Source: Cetorhinus maximus (Eukaryota). From it: a stretch of 64,000 bases of DNA. Location: the NCBI RefSeq assembly GCF_964194155.1, contig NC_135880.1:91388001-91452000 (forward strand), read 5' to 3'. Below, piece by piece: positions 22,595-36,192 of this stretch. The stretch's first letter is position 1. Every line of letters begins with the position of its first letter. A program made the translations under genes and the position numbers. Below the pieces are notes generated by a model. It made no database searches. It was not told the origin of the DNA and was given only the letters and a program-made list of their open reading frames with translations.

Positions 22595-25409
22595 ATTGTG
22601 TTTTCTACTTCTGGCTGACGAAAATCAGATACGACTGGAGAATCAAATTCCCACCTGGTCCCATTCCCGCCCCAATGAAAATGGTAGGTACTGTGTTCGG
22701 GGGTGTACTTCCGTATTTCGGCCTCTTCTGCCATTTTCACAATAACAGAGAGGCTCTTTGTTGTTGCAAAATTCAGGCGCCAATATCAGGTGTATCGCAG
22801 GCCCACCTACTCTATTACAGGGATTGTTCCAGCTTGTTGCCAACATGATCAAATTTCTAGGACAAAGTACCATACACATACAAGCTCAACAATGTCAGAT
22901 TTGTTTTTGGTGGTACTGGAGTACATTACTATAGGTAGTAATATATAAGAAAATAACTCAATTTCTGGATATTACTGACATTCTAGTTGCATTCTTATGT
23001 TTTACAATGTCACCAGAACCATTCAATTGAATTACTGTCTTGTGACTAACTGCCAGGCATCTATTACCCTCTATGTATTTCATTATTATTTTATGGACTA
23101 AGTGGAAAAAGTGTTATAAATGTTTCAGGGAAACAGTACTAAATCTAACTTTGCCCACTGACATACAGCCAATCCACATATTTGCAAACCTGTGAGAGCT
23201 GGCAAAGTAAATCCCCTCGTCAGTGATTTATCTTATTAAGATTAAAATTCCTATCCAGTGCTTTAATACAGCTTTGGGTGTAGAGGAGCTCATTTCAAAG
23301 ATTTTTATAACAGGAGTTCAGGAGGTTGTTTTCTTCCAGGAGTGAAAATACACCTGCAGGATACCATCATCAGTGTCTCTGATTGTCATCCCTGAATTCT
23401 CCAGATGCAGAACGGACAATGGCATATAATGACATAATGCTAAATTCATGCCTGTTCACGTGCAGAAAATATGTACATTGCTTGGCACTATTGTGATGAA
23501 TGCAATATCTATTCTAGTGTACCGCATTGCTATTTTCACCCTCTGTTTTATTTTCCTTCATTTTTCTGAGAGAAAATGTAAAATATAATTTTTCTTTTGA
23601 CACCAACCTCACCCCTCTCCCCACGTTTCCCCCGATGCCCCCACCACCCCAACCACAATCTCCTCCTTCACTGGATCTGAGTAAGAGTTACACTGGTTTA
23701 TTATTGCAGGAATGAAAGGCACTCCGACCTTGTCTACTGTACGTGTCGGTTGTTTCAATGTTGCCCATTATGCTGAATTCATAGAGACAGGAATCTACAT
23801 GATCTGCTCTCCAGGCAGTCTGCCAGCTCGGGGTAAAGCACGCTAGGACTTCATCATCATCCTCATCAATCTAGCCATGGCCAAAGCTGCCCAGCTGCCT
23901 AGTCAGCTAATAGGCAGTGGGGGTAGGGGGCAGGGGGACTGCAGTTATGTGGATACACTGTAAACTATATCCAAACACTGTCAGAATGAAAATACACCAG
24001 CTAAAATTGTTGAACACATTTTCAAGAGTCATACTGCTGCATTGTGGAAACTTTGCCAAATAATAAAAGCCTTTTCTGAGATACAATCAGCAATGTGTGG
24101 ATATTTCAGCCATTACACATTGGCCTGATGAACCATCCACAATTTGTTGAAGAATCTCAAGATAGCTTTACGTCCTGGCTTGCTAATAAGATTTCAAACA
24201 AAGATTCCCTCACCCGCCCTCTGCCTGAAGGCAGGTCTGACCCACAGTGCCGTGATCTCCACCACATGTAGAGCAAGGCGGCAGGTCTTGCATGGCTCAA
24301 ATGGGGATCAAGCCCTGAGCTGTTGCCACCAATCTGATACATAATGGCCATCCAGCCAATGAGCCAACCAGCCTCTCAAAGAGTCCGAGTTGCCGTGGCA
24401 ACCTGCACTTTTTCATGCATGTTGTTGCCTAGAGTTATGGACAAGATGGTAGAGGCCCACCCCTGCACACCAACCAGAAGATTCAGGCCCTGGAGTGGAC
24501 ATGAACCCGGTTCTGGCCCAAAGACAGGGACTCACTACACCACAAGACCTCCACTCACCCCTTCCAGGGGTAATTAAAATATAAATACTTACTCAATATT
24601 TATAGCACAAACATAAACCTATCGATTATCTACTGTTAGCTCATGCCATTTGGTTCATTATAAAAAGGCTGCCTCTTCCTTGCTTTCTTGCAGCATGAAT
24701 AAGACACACCTGCTGAGAGACAAGTGTTTAACCGATGAATTAGAATTTTGGTTGCCTTTAATAATCACTAATCAAAATGACAGTTACTCCTGATTTTATT
24801 CTTGCTCATTTAGCACAACCTAAATTTGACAATAGGAACAACAGAAAACCTGATGCACTTAGAATAATGTCCATTTCGCTTCACAGACAGCTAAATGGGT
24901 ATGTAACCACAATAAATGGTGTCCGTCTGTAAATTGCACAAAGCTTAGGTAAAATGGCCCAACTGAAAATCTTAGGAACTTTTTTAATAAATCAGGATAT
25001 AATTTTTTGTGGGATATACCAGTGGTTAGTGCTCTTGCCCAAATACTGGCCACAGCCCTGTCATAAACCTTGCTGCCAATCCCAGCCAAAATGGATTCCT
25101 ACTGGCAGCTCTAACCTGACTCAGCTCCTGCTGAGTCCTAACTCTAACTCCTAATTCAAATCAGCTCTGCCAGCACTCATAATTTCCTGGCTGCCTGCTG
25201 TACCCTAACCCAAACCAACTTGTACAGACAGCTTTGATCCAACCTGATGGCAACAGGTTCCCTTAGCCCTACCTAATTTGCATTGCTAGCCCTTTACACA
25301 ACCTGACTAGCACAGAAAAACTCAATATAATCTGACTGGTAGCCACTAGTAACTTTGACCCAACTTGACTTGTGTTGCCAGCCACAACCTGACTTCCTCC
25401 TATAGGTTT

Positions 25410-26090
25410 CTCTGTTAGGCTCAATTGGAAACGCTTGTGCCTTTGAGCCAGGTTGTGAGTGCAAAATTTAAACATATAATCTAGGCAGTACTGAGGGAAC
25501 ATTGTAGAATTGTCCTTCAGATGTGACAATAGCCTGATGTCCTAACTCTCAGTTCTGATTTTACAGGTTGACTGACCCTAACTGAAAAAGAGCAGGGAAT
25601 CCTTTTGATGTCCTGGGCATCATTGTTCATTCAATCCAAGCGAACAAAATTCCATTTTTATAGAAACCCAAAACATCTCAATGTGCTTTTCAGCCGACCA
25701 AGTACCTTTTTTGCAGTGCAATCACTGTTGTAATGTAGAAACATGGCATCCAATTTCTGTTCAGCAATGAGATAAACGAGAAGATAATCTGTTATAGTGT
25801 TGTTAGTTGAGGGATAAGCATCAGCCAGCACACCAGGGAGAACTCCCTGTTCATTTTCAAAATAGTGTCATGGAATCTTCATGAAATCTGAAAGGAGTGA
25901 CATGGTCTTGAACTCCACAAAAAACGAATTCGCTGGTCATTGTTGTTTGTAGGACATTGCTGTGTACAATATGGTTGCTACTTCCATCTACAAAACAGAC
26001 GCTGCATTGCAAAAAAAACTGTACCAAGCATTTTGGAACACTTTTGATACTAGATAGGGTAGCACTTCTTATAAATACAAATTATTATTA
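25410..26090. mobile_element. Two nested DeuSINE (SacSINE1-like) copies: plus copy interrupted by a minus copy at ~25650-25915
   Basis: Deu-domain-like cagtactgaggga...ttcagatg...aagagcaggga...tgtcctgg on plus; its reverse complement (ttgagggata...accagggagaactccctg) inside; L2-type tail resumes after 25920. Confidence 0.65.
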
Positions 26091-26211
26091 TTATATGGAC
26101 AAAATTGGGCAAAACTGTCAACTTCGATAGGGTGTAAAATAAGTGGTCATGAATCATCCATCATCTACACCACCTGACTTTCTTTTCCATTGACTTCAAT
26201 TCTGATGTATA

Positions 26212-26590
26212 ACAACCACAATTTGCATTTATATAGCACTTAAATGTTGCAAAAAGTTTCAATGCATTTCACAAGGGTTTTATCAATAAAAACATTTTTC
26301 ATACCCAGCCACATTGGGAGCTATCTGAATGAATGACCAAAAGCTTAGTCAAAGAGGTAGGTTTTAAGGAGCACCTTAAATGAGAAAAGAGAGATAGAGA
26401 AGCAGAGAGGTTTAGGGAAGGAAATCCAGAGCTTAAGGTCTTGGCAGCTGAAGGCATGGCCGCCAATGGTGGAGTGATTAATATTGGATGTACAAAAGGC
26501 CAAAATTGAAGGAATGCAGGGATCTGGAAGGCTTGTAGGGCTGGAGGTGGGCTGTAAAGCTAGGAAGAGGGCGAGGCCAAAGAATGGTCA
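26212..26590 (-). mobile_element. L2 LINE 3' fragment
   Basis: ttgcatttatatagcac tail; aaagaggtaggttttaagg; ggcagctgaaggcatggccgccaatggtgg. Confidence 0.8.
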
Positions 26591-27809
26591 GTCATTCAGT
26601 GACCCATTTTATCACCTGACAAAGTAGACTGTTTCATGTTAGTTTTTTTTCACAGATAAGTTAAATACATAAAAATATGATAAAAATTAAATAAATCTAT
26701 TAAGCACTCTGAGCTTTAATTGTACTTTTTTCCCCCAAGAAGGAACATTTTTTACCTTTCAAGGGCACAGGAAAACATGAAAGGCAAAAGCACACGACAC
26801 ATAGACCCGTTAGCATCTGAAAAGGGAGAATGAAGGTTAACTGTTCAGGCGTAGACCCTTGTCTGAACTGTGTAAAATATTTCCTGACCTGAATACATTC
26901 TCTCACTGAGAAAAAAAGACAATTTGTTCAATAGTATTTGCTTTTATAGGTCTCAGCGACATTAGCTGCAAGCCATTTGTCATTAGATTTTTTTCCCTCC
27001 CCATGACCTTTTATTCATTTGCAGGCAAGTTAATTTGTCGCTGCATAATCAGTTAGGAGTGGAATGGAATTGCTATGGGGGGATGGGACTTGCTGCAGAT
27101 TTCTGTTTCTCAGCTCAATAGAACAAGTACTCAATTAAAGGATCCTCAGGAGCCACCAGTTCAAAAACAAGCTTCATTCTCCTGGCGTGCAAAAGACTAA
27201 ATGAAATTTACTAAAACTTGCAAAAAGAATACTACTTACTGAAAATAAACAGCAGGTTTTTAAAAGATTGGTGCTGTAAAAAAATATACCGCGCCAGTTA
27301 AAATGGATTTGCCAGATTGTTTGAAAGTGAGGATTTAAATCTGGGGATCAATAACTATCACTTTTATAAGCAACAAAGATGTTGGAAGACTCTTGCCTGC
27401 ATTATCCCTAGCTTTGTTGCCTGCTAATGGTTTATTTTTTATTGCACATTTGGTTTATGATGTGTCATGTGCCTGAGAATATTTTGACATTTGTATGTGT
27501 ATGGGGGAGGGTTGGACACATGCAGCATGTGCTGCTTGTAACCTTCTGTGAAAGCAGTAAGATTTCTGATTGAACTTCAAGATAAGTGTAAAATGTTTTG
27601 AGCACGGCCAATGTCAGGCATTGTGATTCTTAGTTTCCCCAGGTTCATAAGGTTCATTCTTTTACAATTAAATGCAGTCAGAATTAATTAAAACACCCTG
27701 GCTGGCTAAATGAATAGATGACACTTGTGAGCATATGAGTTGTTCAATGGGAATTATTGAAAGAGGCAAATTTTACAGGTCTGAGAGGAAAAAGTTTATT
27801 TTCAACCTT

Positions 27810-30300
27810 ACAACAGCATGCATGTTATTAGCAACTTTAACCTAGAAAAGCACCCCCAGGTGGGGTAAATAAAAGTTTGGCCAAAGGCATGGAGATGTGG
27901 GGTGTGTGGTAGGGACAGTCTTACAGGAGGTAAGGTGGAAAGGTATAGGGAGAGACTTCTAGGGTTTAGTGCCTTAGATGGCTAAAGGAACTGCCATTAA
28001 CAGTGGTGCAAAAGGATTTCAGGATGCATTAAGAGGCCAGAGCTGAAGGAACCCAGAGTTCTTGAACTGTTGTAGGGTTTGAGTAGATTGCAGAAATTGG
28101 GAACAGCAAGGCCATAAAGGGATTTGAATTTGAAGATGAGCTTTTTAAATTTATGGTAATGGGGACTAGGTAGTAATTTAGGTCACTGAACAAAGGGATG
28201 ACGGGTGTGCAGGATTTGGTATGGGATAAGATATGGGCACCTGAGTTTTAGGTGAGCGTAAGCTTATAAAAGGTGGAGGATGGGAGCTCAGCCAGGAAAC
28301 CATTGGAATAGTCATCTCTGGAGGTAACAAAGATGTGGGTTTTAGCAGAAGATGGGCTGAGACAGGTGGAGACTGGCAATGTTATGAAAGTTGAAATAGG
28401 CATTCTTTGTAATGGAAAGGATATAAGGTTCGGAAACTCAGCTTATGGTCAAATAAGATTGTGAACAGTACTACGCGGCTCGACACAGTGACCTGGATCA
28501 GGAATCCAATCAGTGAAAAGTCTACGGAATTTGTAGTTACTGGCTGACGTTCAACGAGAGGAAATTGTGGCTCATTTAGGACTGAATGTCAGATGAGCAG
28601 AGTCTCAGTGGATGGTCAAGAAGGGGGTTTAGAGACATAGAGCTGAATGTCATTAGTATACTTGTGAAATCTGCATTATGTCTCTGGATGATGTTACCAA
28701 GGGCAGCATGTAGATGAGGAGCTGAAGAAGCCAAGAATAGATCTTTGGGGTAATCTAGAGGCAACAGTCAGGTTAGAAAGAGAAACAGTTGCTGGAGATG
28801 CTCTGGCTATGGTTCAATAAATAAAATTGGAACCATGTGAGACAAGCTTAAATGTGGATGTTATGTCTTTTGTGCATTAAGTTTCATTGAGAGTAATTTT
28901 CTTAAAATAAATTGAATTAATCCTAAAACATGAAATTTAATTTTGATCTTATTCTATTTCTGAGCTGGATCCAATATAAGTCAACAAGCACAGGGGTGAT
29001 GGGAATTGGTGTGATTAAGAATACAGGCAACAGAGTCTTGGATAAGCAGAAATTTATGGAAGATGAAAGGTGGGAGGCCAGCCAGGAGAGCATTGGAATA
29101 GTTGTGCCTGGTGGCAACAAAGCCTCATAAATGTCAATGCATATTTTCCATGGAGAAATATCCTGTGATACACATCATAGCAAGATTGCATTGGCTTGAA
29201 ATTTCTTAGAAATACAAATGCATCAGTTATGCATTACAGAGAACTGAATTTGAATTTTATTACATATTAACATATTAACAATTTTCTTATATAGGTAGAA
29301 ATTGTTTCAAATTACAATTGTCTTTTTATATGTTCAGAATGATCTAACCTACTGCCATTATAGTAATTATAAAGGAAGAAGGAAGAATGTACGTGCACTT
29401 GGAGTTCTTTTCATGACCTCAGGATGCCCCAATATGCATTATAGTCAATGAAGTTCTTTGCAATATCGTCAGTATCATAATGGAGGGAATTATCATATTT
29501 TGTTTTGATTATATTGATGAACTAACAGGTGGCTTAATTATTCTTGGAATACATGTCCTGATATGAAATCCAGCAATTTGCATCTATATCATGCCAATGA
29601 GGTAAACAAATGTTTTGTATACTTTCCAGGTGGATGAGGACCCAAGTGAAGGTGGGAAGGAATTTTGGAGGAGGGAACATGGAAGGCACAGTTAAACAAA
29701 TATATTTTAAGGAAGCTTTTAAAGGAGTTGTGAAAGGTAGGAAAGCAAAGTGGGTTTGAGAGAAAATTTCAGAGCATGTACTTTGTGGTTGAAAGATCAG
29801 CCTCTGATGGTGGAATAGAGGGAGGAAAGGACAAGCAGTCATCCAGTTTCTGAGAAGCAGAGAGTGCAGGCTGGGACATATAGGCAGATAAATCCTCTAA
29901 AGTGAGGCTACAGAGAAATTTATAAATGAGGGTGAGGATTTTGAAATCGATCAGCCAGATGATGGGGAGTCAATGCATGATAGGTATGTGGGAATTTATG
30001 TGAAAGATAAAATAGGCCACAGAGTTGTCTATTAACTCTGAATTATTTAGGAGATGGAGGAGGGGAGGCAACAGTAAAAGATTTTCAGAAAGCCAATCTT
30101 TTAGATCGTGAATGCGCTAGGGTATTAAGCAGTGGAGTAAGAGAGGCAAGAGTGCAAGAAGGCAACATTGTGGCACATTGAATACTGTTCACTTAGCACT
30201 TAATCAGATGTGGGGAAGAAGTAGCATGCTGAGGTTGCGAAGCATATGGTTTGAAGGGGATGGATAACAAGAAGAGTTAATGAAACCGAGCTAGAGGTAC
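27810..30300 (-). mobile_element. Cluster of old L2 LINE fragments
   Basis: L2 tail at ~27815; RT-region remnants (gagctgaatgtcattagtatac..., ggaatagtcatctctggaggtaacaaag); further pieces at 28970-29130 and 29640-30300. Confidence 0.65.
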
Positions 30301-30369
30301 ACAGGTGGTGCCATGAACCAAAGCACACATATGATGTAACAGGATCTTCCACAGATAATTTTATTGAGA

Positions 30370-30750
30370 TGCTCATAAATAATCTGAGCAGCAGAACGGG
30401 AAGGTCTGTGGTTCCATCCCTGATCTGTGGTTAAGTTAGCTCCTGTCAGATGAACAGTGATGCAGACACTAAATTGGCCTGAGCAGCCCTGGACTAGGGA
30501 GTGGAAAAGTTACATCAGGGTTTCAGCTCTTGATCAATGTCCTTCTGAACCCTGCTGGAAAATTATGCATGTACAGACATCGGGCTCAGCTGTGACCTTC
30601 TCTAGGGTCAAGTAGCCTTCTGACACTCACTGTCTTGGCACATGAAGAATGACCATTTGGAAGAGATATCAATGGATGTCCTGTGCTTGTAGAATAATAC
30701 TCTAACAACAGTCAACACTTTAGAAAAGAGGGGAAAAATGAAGAGAAAAT
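30370..30750 (+). mobile_element. Old tRNA-derived SINE (related copy at ~18530-18785)
   Basis: B-box-like ggttccatccc; mutual similarity of the two copies. Confidence 0.45.
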
Positions 30751-30989
30751 TAAAGCAATTCTGAGCTATTTTCTGTAGAAACAATATTAAGAGTATGCAC
30801 TGCCAGTAGGTAGGTCATAAAATAGCAACCAGTGCATAGCTGAATTTCTGATATGTGCTGCCAGCAGGTGAGGGTGGACACATAACATTTATGTGTCAAA
30901 GGGATAAAAATCCATTGGAACCTAATGATCACTGCCTGATATTGGGCCTCAAGCATCATTATCATCAAACTGGGAGCTGTGGACACCTA

Positions 30990-33063
30990 GGCCACAAAAT
31001 TGGGCTCTATAGCACTAGAGTGCCAGCACTATGAAAGGCCTTAACTCAAATAATGTCAGCTAGAACAGTTCCGGCCACTTCTAGCACAGCTCACTTGGAG
31101 CGCCCTGACTGACAGTGCTATCCGTGTGCCAGTAGCATGTAGAGTGAGTGGATTTGTTATGCCAATCTGTCTCTAACGCTGATTTGGCAGATAATCTGCC
31201 ATTTTAGACTGCACAGATCCGGTTAATGCACTCTCACAATCACTTCCAGCTGGTCATGACTTCAGCTGCATGAGGGACTCACCATTAGCGCTATTTAAAG
31301 AGCTAATCATTCAACTTCCAGGTGAGATGCTTTTGACTCAGAAAACCTGCTTCACTGGTGGGAGCTATAGTGAGAGTCCCTCTTGGGCTGCAGCATTACT
31401 TGAAAATGGAGCTCAAACAGCAGAGAGGGGAATTAATGTGAGGAGGGGAAGTCTCTCAATAGAAGTTCCTACCCAGCAAGGGTCTTTAGGGAACACTCCT
31501 CCTATCTACATTTCAGTGAGGAGCAGTGTGTAAGGTGCTTGCATTTCACCAAGGAGATGATTACTGGACTGTGCCACATTCTACAACCTGAATTGCTGCC
31601 TCACAAAAGCGTGATGATGACACTGCCAATAACTGTTAAGGCCACCATCACCCTCAATTTTGATGCCAATTGATCCTCCCAGGTGGGACCAGACGACATT
31701 AGCAACATTTCACAGTTTGCTGTCTGTTGCTACATCATGGAGGCGACAGAGGCCCTGTATAGAAGGAGAGGGGATTTCATTGTCTTCTCACTGACCAGAG
31801 AGAAGCAGGCGGGGAGAGCATGTGGATTTGCCAGGCTGGTGGGAGTTCCAGTGGTATGGGATGCATACGTAGCTGTACAACATATAAAGAAGGAGACGTA
31901 CCGTAAACACAAGGGTTATGACACCAGAAATATCCAGTTGGTGTGCGACCATGCCCAGAGGATTCTCTTGGTGAATGCTTGCTATCATGGCAGCAACCAT
32001 AGCACCTTCATCCTGTGGCAGTCAGCAGTACCCACCATCTTTGGCCTACCACATAGAACCAGAGGCTGGCTGCTCGGTAACAAGGAGTGCTCACTTTACA
32101 CCTGGTTAATGACTCCTGTCCACCAATGGACCATTTGAGGAGAATGTGCAGCAATTAGGATTTTCTTGGAGCAAACCATCAGCATGCTAAGGTATCAATC
32201 TCACCGCCTGCACCACTTGAGAGGAGTATGTTTCCAAGTCCTTGGTGGTCTGCTGTATCATCCATAACATTGTTATCATGAGGGTACAGCCTTTGCCACC
32301 AGGCCTTTGGAGGCTACCTGGAGAGGAGGAAGAGGAGGATCCTCAGTGACCAGTGGTTTTGAGCACTTCAGGAGCACTGGGGCTGACTGGATTGCAGTAG
32401 CCCCTCTGCCTGCAGCTGATTGTCAATGCTAGACCCTGCACTGCACTCTGCCCTCCTTCTCCAGGCCTTCCCTTGTGCTAATGCTTACTTCTGGCATCGC
32501 TTTAACTCGCCTGCCAGCAGCTGCTTCTACCTGTACGCCTGCCCCCTTCGCCACCTCCCAGCACACTCTGCTGCGGAACATGTCTGGGCAGGAGTGGGCG
32601 AGGAACCTGCTTCTGCTTCAGCCAAAATCACCCACTCGCGCAATGTAAAATTCTGCCCTGTGTCTCTTCTCCTTTCCACCTCCATCACTGAGGCCTCCAG
32701 CACCATATCTGAAAACCAGGGAGCCCTCTCTCTGGTCTGTTGCTCCATTTTCTCTCCTCTTCATTTCTGCAAAGCCTTCAAGCCATTACTACTATGCAGC
32801 TCATGTAGCCAGGGTACAACTGCCCTTTCAGATGGACAGCTGTCTTTAAGAAGTGCAGGTTTGCTGTATTTTGTGATAGCCACACACAGACCTGAGCCCC
32901 TTGCTGAGCACGTAACCAATCAGCAGCATGTTTTGCACTGGGGTGCACGCTGCAGTCATGTTGATGAGCTGTCAGGCTGAAGTTTACAGGCTGCCTGTTC
33001 CAAAATTCCCAGGGTAATTGTGTGCCTGGCCATGCCCAATATCTGGTTTAATCCAATTTTCCC
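30990..33063 (+). mobile_element. Decayed, internally deleted Harbinger (element 3): transposase + at ~31400-32350, Myb 5' part - at ~32500-32748
   Basis: HKGYDTRNIQLVCDH, GWLLGNKEC...WLMTP transposase motifs; MEQQTRERAPWFSDMVLE Myb start; ends aaaattgg / ccaattttccc. Confidence 0.75.
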
Positions 33064-33064
33064 A

Positions 33065-33740
33065 TACAGTCTCAGTCTTCCTGATGAAAAATTCCATCAG
33101 CTTTTCACATTTGCTGTTAGAGGTGAGGATGGAGGAGCAAAGATAAAGGGTTTAAGGAAGTAGTGAAGGAAACAGAGGAGAAAAGGTGTTTGGGGTTAAT
33201 TTAGCCCTCCATAGAGATCCTAGAGAATGAAGTAGTTTGCTGAAGGAGCGTACAGTGCAGTGGAACTTGATGTAGTCCAACCAGATGCGGTGATGGATGG
33301 CCAAGCCTGTTATGTCCTGGGTACACTGAAGCTTGAGGGAATGGAAATTGGTACCATACATGGGGAAACAACAGGATGTGGGACAGTGTCAGTATTGTTG
33401 GGGACAAGATATTTGAAAGTAGAGATGAGCAAGCGGCTGAACAAATTGCAGCTGCAGAGTTATAATAACAAAGGAGGCTCAAAGGTTTTGCACTTGGAAG
33501 TTTGAAAGTGAATTTGGAAGTAACTGAAGATGAGTTGTTTCCATGGGGACATTCTGAAAGAAGTGGGATTGAAGTCAGGTTGGGGGGGCGGTGGTTGCTC
33601 TGCATGCTGAGATACATAGGAGTGGCCTGCGATAGTCTTCATGGAATTGCATGGCCACAGGAGATGTTAATGTCATGGGGTGGCTATGACTATGGGTAGG
33701 AGGTTTAATATGGAGGCAGAAGTTCCTTTGATGTTTTCAA
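33065..33740 (-). mobile_element. Old L2-like LINE RT fragment
   Basis: Purine-rich L2 antisense character; continuous with L2-like pieces upstream. Confidence 0.45.
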
Positions 33741-34800
33741 TATAATTTACATAATTGCATCAAGTTTAGAAACAAGCAATGAACTTTTTTTCTCCTGAAC
33801 ATTATCCATTTTTGAAGTTTATTAGGCTCTTTAACTCAGCGCTTATCAAAAATTAATAAATTGATGAGGTTATGATTTTTTTTGGTCATAGTTCTCCCCC
33901 TCATGATCTATGACTATTGTATCTGCTTCAAATCCGTCTTTTCCAGTTTACTGGAAGAGTATAAAACAAAATTATTGACATTTTAATCTAACAAGCATAT
34001 GGAGTGGGATAAAATCATACTTCAATGAAGCACGAAATGCCAGTGCACTGGAGAGAATCCCAGATTGAAGTGAAAAGCTACTTATACTTTATAAGGATTC
34101 ACGTATATAATAATTTAATTATATTCTGCTGTTCCAACCACAAAATGAGGAGTAACTTGCAGATGTGTTCTATTAAGCATATATTTAAGAATAGCTCTTA
34201 ACCAGAAAAATAATCAGGGGATTCAAGAAGACTTTTGTAAGACTACTGACGTATGAAGAGTTGTTAAAGCTGGTTGTTCTGTACCATTTATCTCAATAAA
34301 AAAAATGAGCAATTAATAAAACTTGAGTCAGGACAAACAAGCATTAACCACAGCCTGGTGAGCAAAAAATGGAACACTTTAGGTTAAATTTTACACAGCA
34401 ACAGCGCTTCCAACAATCTGACAAGTCTTGACAGGTTTTATGTGTATTCTGTTTTTGGACAAGATAATACCCGTTACAAATTTCTCTTCAGGTTAAAGTG
34501 TTGAATAATTATTACTATCTTTGAAATTACAGAAGCGTGCATAACTTTTTAAAATTATATTCATTCAAAGCGAAACAACCAAACAGAATGAAAGCATTTC
34601 AATATTTTTCTCTCTCAACTTATTAAGTGAAGAACTGCCGGCAGTATTGTTATATTTGAGGCATTTTATGAACGCGAACTCCTTCTGCATCAAAGCTGCA
34701 ACTGGATTTGTGTTAAAGGCATGACCCAAATTGCCACAAGACACCATCCACCAAACCAAGAGAGACAGAATGCTCAGGTTGACCTAGGCAACCAATCATA

Positions 34801-35150
34801 AACAAAAATAAAAATACCTGGAAAAACTCAGCAGGTCTGGCAGCATCGGCGGAGAGGAACACAGTTAATGTTTCGAGTCCGTATGACTCTTCAGAACTAA
34901 GTAAAAATAGAAAAGGTGAAATATAAGCTGGTTTAAGGGGTGGGGGTGGGGGGGGTGGTGGTGTGGAACAGGTAGAGCTGGATAGAGGGCCAATGATAGG
35001 TGGAGATAGCCAAAAGATGTCATAGACAAAAGAACAAAGAGGTGTTGAAGGTGGTGACATTATCTAAGGAATGTGCTAATTAAGGGTAGAAAGCAGGACA
35101 AGCAAGGTACAGATAGCCCTAGTGGGGGTGGGGTGGGGTGAAGGGAAGGG
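34801..35150 (-). mobile_element. PLE 3'-end fragment (related subfamily) with degenerate hammerhead at 34863-34898
   Basis: aacaaaaataaaaatacctggaaaaactcagcaggtctggcagcatcgg; minus AGUU-CUGAA-GAGUC-AUACG-GACUC-GAAAC-AUU-AACU; short TSD tcataa. Confidence 0.88.
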
Positions 35151-35594
35151 TCATAATGTACATGATTTTATCCCACAACAGTGATTGGCCCAAAATCGTG
35201 GAACATTTGATCAACTGGCAGCAGTGGCTCTGTTTGGGATTAAGGACAAAGAGAGTCATACAGCACCATCAGCAAGGCCGGCAATAGTAGGTTTGCTAAC
35301 CCTCCCCAGAATTGTCCTGGACTCTTCATGAGTTAAAGATTAAGCTCCTGGACATGGATGTGGAAGAAAACCCATAGGAACGATTTAAAACATTCTGTTC
35401 ATCATTTTCTATGAATACTTTTTGTTTATTAGTCATAAAAATAGTTGAGATGGGTGAGGTGGTTTGACTGAATGGGGTGGTTGGAGGAATGTGCCCAACT
35501 GGGGTTGGCAAAAAAAAAATGACTATTGAGATCCATACCGAAGATCTGCACAGGGTCTCCAGAAGGCAAATGAATGGGCAACATTCCACTAGAA

Positions 35595-35920
35595 CAGTGT
35601 TTCCCAAACTATTTTCCAATGTCACTCCATTTTAATACTTGAAAATTAACATGACGCCAGACGCCAACAAAAACAAAACAGCAATCAAGCAGCAAAGTAA
35701 CATTCGGTATATAATTATTAAAGTTGTGTATTATAGATCAACATACAGTCAATACATCATATAGGTATGAAAATCGGTGTTTTTAAAGTATTATTATAAG
35801 TTATAGTGTAAGTTATAAGTATACAGTATAAGTTATTATATGTACTCATATAGGTTTCAGCCAGCTCTCCATATTCCCATGGTTACAGAACATGCAGTGA
35901 AGCCTGTCTCCTTCACCCCT
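35595..35920. mobile_element. One end of an hAT-Charlie-like DNA transposon
   Basis: cagtgtttcccaaact TIR preceded by cactagaa (Charlie-type CTAG-centred target); second TIR not found. Confidence 0.5.
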
Positions 35921-36192
35921 ACACTGTAATCAAGCCCCTTTCTCCCATACACAATGTAATCAGCCCCTCCCCACACACACACACACATTTATCAGCCCCT
36001 CCGCCCACCCCACCCCACCCCACAGACACTGTAATCAGCCCCCTTTCTCCCACCCAAACCATAATCAGCCCTTCCCCTCCCCCAACACACACACACACAC
36101 ACACACACACATTAATCAGCCCCTCCGCCCACCCCACCCCACACACACTGTAATCAGCCCCTCTCTCCCTTCCCCAAACACACACACACATC
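35920..36192. repeat. Minisatellite of 7 units anchored on TAATCAGCCCC with C-rich and (CA)n spacers
   Basis: Motif at ~35927, 35957, 35990, 36032, 36062, 36113, 36151. Confidence 0.85.

Larger units (their letters stand above)
19731..22779. mobile_element. Older non-autonomous Harbinger-like element hosting three nested MITEs
   Basis: Ends ggcctaaattttcgc / gcaaaattcaggc; interior continuous around the insertions at 20268, 21049 and 22293. Confidence 0.5.

Noticed and set aside
23710-23875. Possible host exon (minus frame IDEDDDEVLACFTPSW...; plus ttgcag...gtaaag)
   Set aside because: Weak splice signals, no recognisable protein and no neighbouring exons.
26780-26872. Additional hammerhead in an old PLE remnant
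   Set aside because: Core too degenerate (CAGACAA...GAACAGUU) to call a ribozyme.
35920-36192. CRISPR-like repeat-spacer array
   Set aside because: 11-bp repeat, low-complexity recurring spacers, eukaryotic context, no cas genes.
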